DNA of 48,932 bases from Ionaspis alba (taxonomy: Eukaryota): NCBI GenBank assembly GCA_964255285.1, contig CAXUUL010000040.1:1-48932 (forward strand), written 5' to 3'. Each line of letters begins with the position of its first letter. Within the stretch, counting starts at the first letter, position 1. Below the pieces are notes generated by a model that made no database searches, was not told the DNA's origin, and saw only the letters and a program-made list of their open reading frames with translations. Shown here piece after piece: positions 47,408 through 48,932 of the stretch. The translations under genes and the position numbers were made by a program.

Positions 47408-48883
47408 TCAAAGCTTGGAAGAACCTCTTGGCCGTTCGAGTATCTTTGATTGGTGTTTATAATTCTTGACAAGCTGTCTTATCGCCAGATCCAGCAGAAC
47501 ATCTTCTGATCCTCCCGGAATACGAGCACCAGGGACTTCTCGATAAATTCCTGCCTGCTATCAGCGCTAGAATACTAAACATTCACCGTGCGGGGTGTTT
47601 ACTTTCAGTAATCTCTCCCTGGCCAGTAGTGGTATATCCGTTCCCTCCGAAAAGAAGCACAGCACACCTCGCGCACTCATCAAGCACCATACCAGCCTGG
47701 GCTTTGGCCAGAGCTGTCAGTCCTCCAAGTTTGATATCCGCTTCCGTCTTTGACAACTTAGTCAACTGATAAACAAATTGTTCTAGCCAGGCCCATAGAC
47801 TTTCCAATATGGCTCCGCACTTGGCGAGTCGATGTCTCACCACCGGCTGATCCATAAGTGTTTTGCCAAATGCCTCTCGTTTGAGGCAGTACTCGAAAGC
47901 ACTGGCGAGAGCAACCCGGGCTTGTCTTGTGAATCCAATAGTGACTGCGAGCCGTTCATGGTTGAAATTGGTCATTATGTATTTCATGCCCATGCCTTCT
48001 TGGCCGATCAGGTTGGAAACGGGGACTTTGACGTCGTCGAGCTCAATAAAGGTCGTACCAGCGGTTGTCGAGCCGGAGACTTTAATCTTGCGCATGGTTA
48101 CACCAGGGTAATCCAGGAGTGGCACGATTAGAAGTGAGAGACCACCAGCACCAGGACCTGAGGTTCGGACGGCCATGGTGGAATAGTTGGACCATATGCC
48201 GTTTGTAATCCTTTACGGTTTCAGCAATTCTCATATTGAGGAATTCCAGGTCTCTTACCATTTCTTGTTACCATTGACGATATAATGTTTCCCGTCTTCG
48301 GTCTTTACTGCCGTCGTTTGGATATTTGCAACGTCAGATCCGGCTCCGGGCTCCGTGATTGCAATACATGTCCTCTTTTTGCCAAGCAGCAGATCGGGAA
48401 GAAATCGTTCCTGGAGCTCTTTACTGCCGAATGTGAGGATTGGTGGGACTCCAAAAGATATTCCCGTTGTCATTGAGGCTGCGGGTCCCGCAAGTCCCGA
48501 TCGAGACATCTATCGGCCGTCAGAACAATGAATTCAATACGAGGAATCATTCTCACCTCGTCACTATATATCAGTGTATGTATATAATCCCAATCCTCCA
48601 CTTTTACTCCGAGAATATCGTGGATCCCGAGTCTCTTCAACCACTCCACAGGTAAAGGTGCTGGAAGACTAGGGATGATCATATTGGCAGCCATAAACTT
48701 AGTAAAGAGGTCTGCTGGCACTGCCCCCTCTCTCTCCCAATCCATGCCATACGGCGTGAAGTGCTCCTCTAGAAATGCCCGGCATGCTTTCTGCCATTCC
48801 AGGTGCTTGGGCTTGTAGATGGGAGAGGGGAGGCCGGTGATGTAGGGTGGTTCTGCGAAAGGAATCGCTGGATTGACAGCCAT
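47408..48883 (-). CDS. Peroxisomal acyl-CoA dehydrogenase; exons 48883-48557, 48509-48259, 48210-47603, 47550-47408
   Basis: CIAITEPGAGSDVA, VNGNKKWITNG, IMTNFNHERL, REAFGKTLMDQPVVRHRLA, LFGGNGY, IPGGSEDV; C-terminal SKL (PTS1). Confidence 0.93.
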
Positions 48884-48932
48884 TGCTACTGATACTATGC
48901 TGATAATTGTACCGCTCAAAGCTGCTCGAACT

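Overview
Eukaryotic, intron-containing DNA from a filamentous ascomycete (Pezizomycotina; short GT-AG introns with CTRAY branch sites). It is a draft scaffold with six 100-N gaps, three of them flanked by exact 55-bp duplications typical of a k=55 de Bruijn assembly. The window starts in an AT-rich, RIP-like decayed repeat and then carries a housekeeping block: RPL1, a GNAT acetyltransferase, a CorA-like membrane protein, ARF1, a GPI-anchored Cu-only SOD, TGL3-type patatin, ERB1, SAS10/UTP3, TSC10, GLE1, SSD1, an SSU1/TDT transporter, UBE2S-type E2 and a peroxisomal acyl-CoA dehydrogenase. Fast-evolving F-box-like genes, pseudogenes and orphan ORFs are interspersed. The most notable observation is that this Ssd1, normally a pseudonuclease in ascomycetes, has a complete RNase II/Dis3L2 catalytic signature (FTIDPNGTQDFDDALH). 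Other points: an F-box-like gene interrupted by a single in-frame TGA with an intact downstream tail, a Ser-less patatin pseudo-lipase, a GMN-less CorA-like protein, a GC-AG intron in UBE2S, and a structured uORF-bearing leader upstream of SSU1. No rRNA, tRNA or CRISPR was recognised, and no wholly new multi-gene system can be firmly supported. Exon coordinates were derived by eye and no database searches were run.
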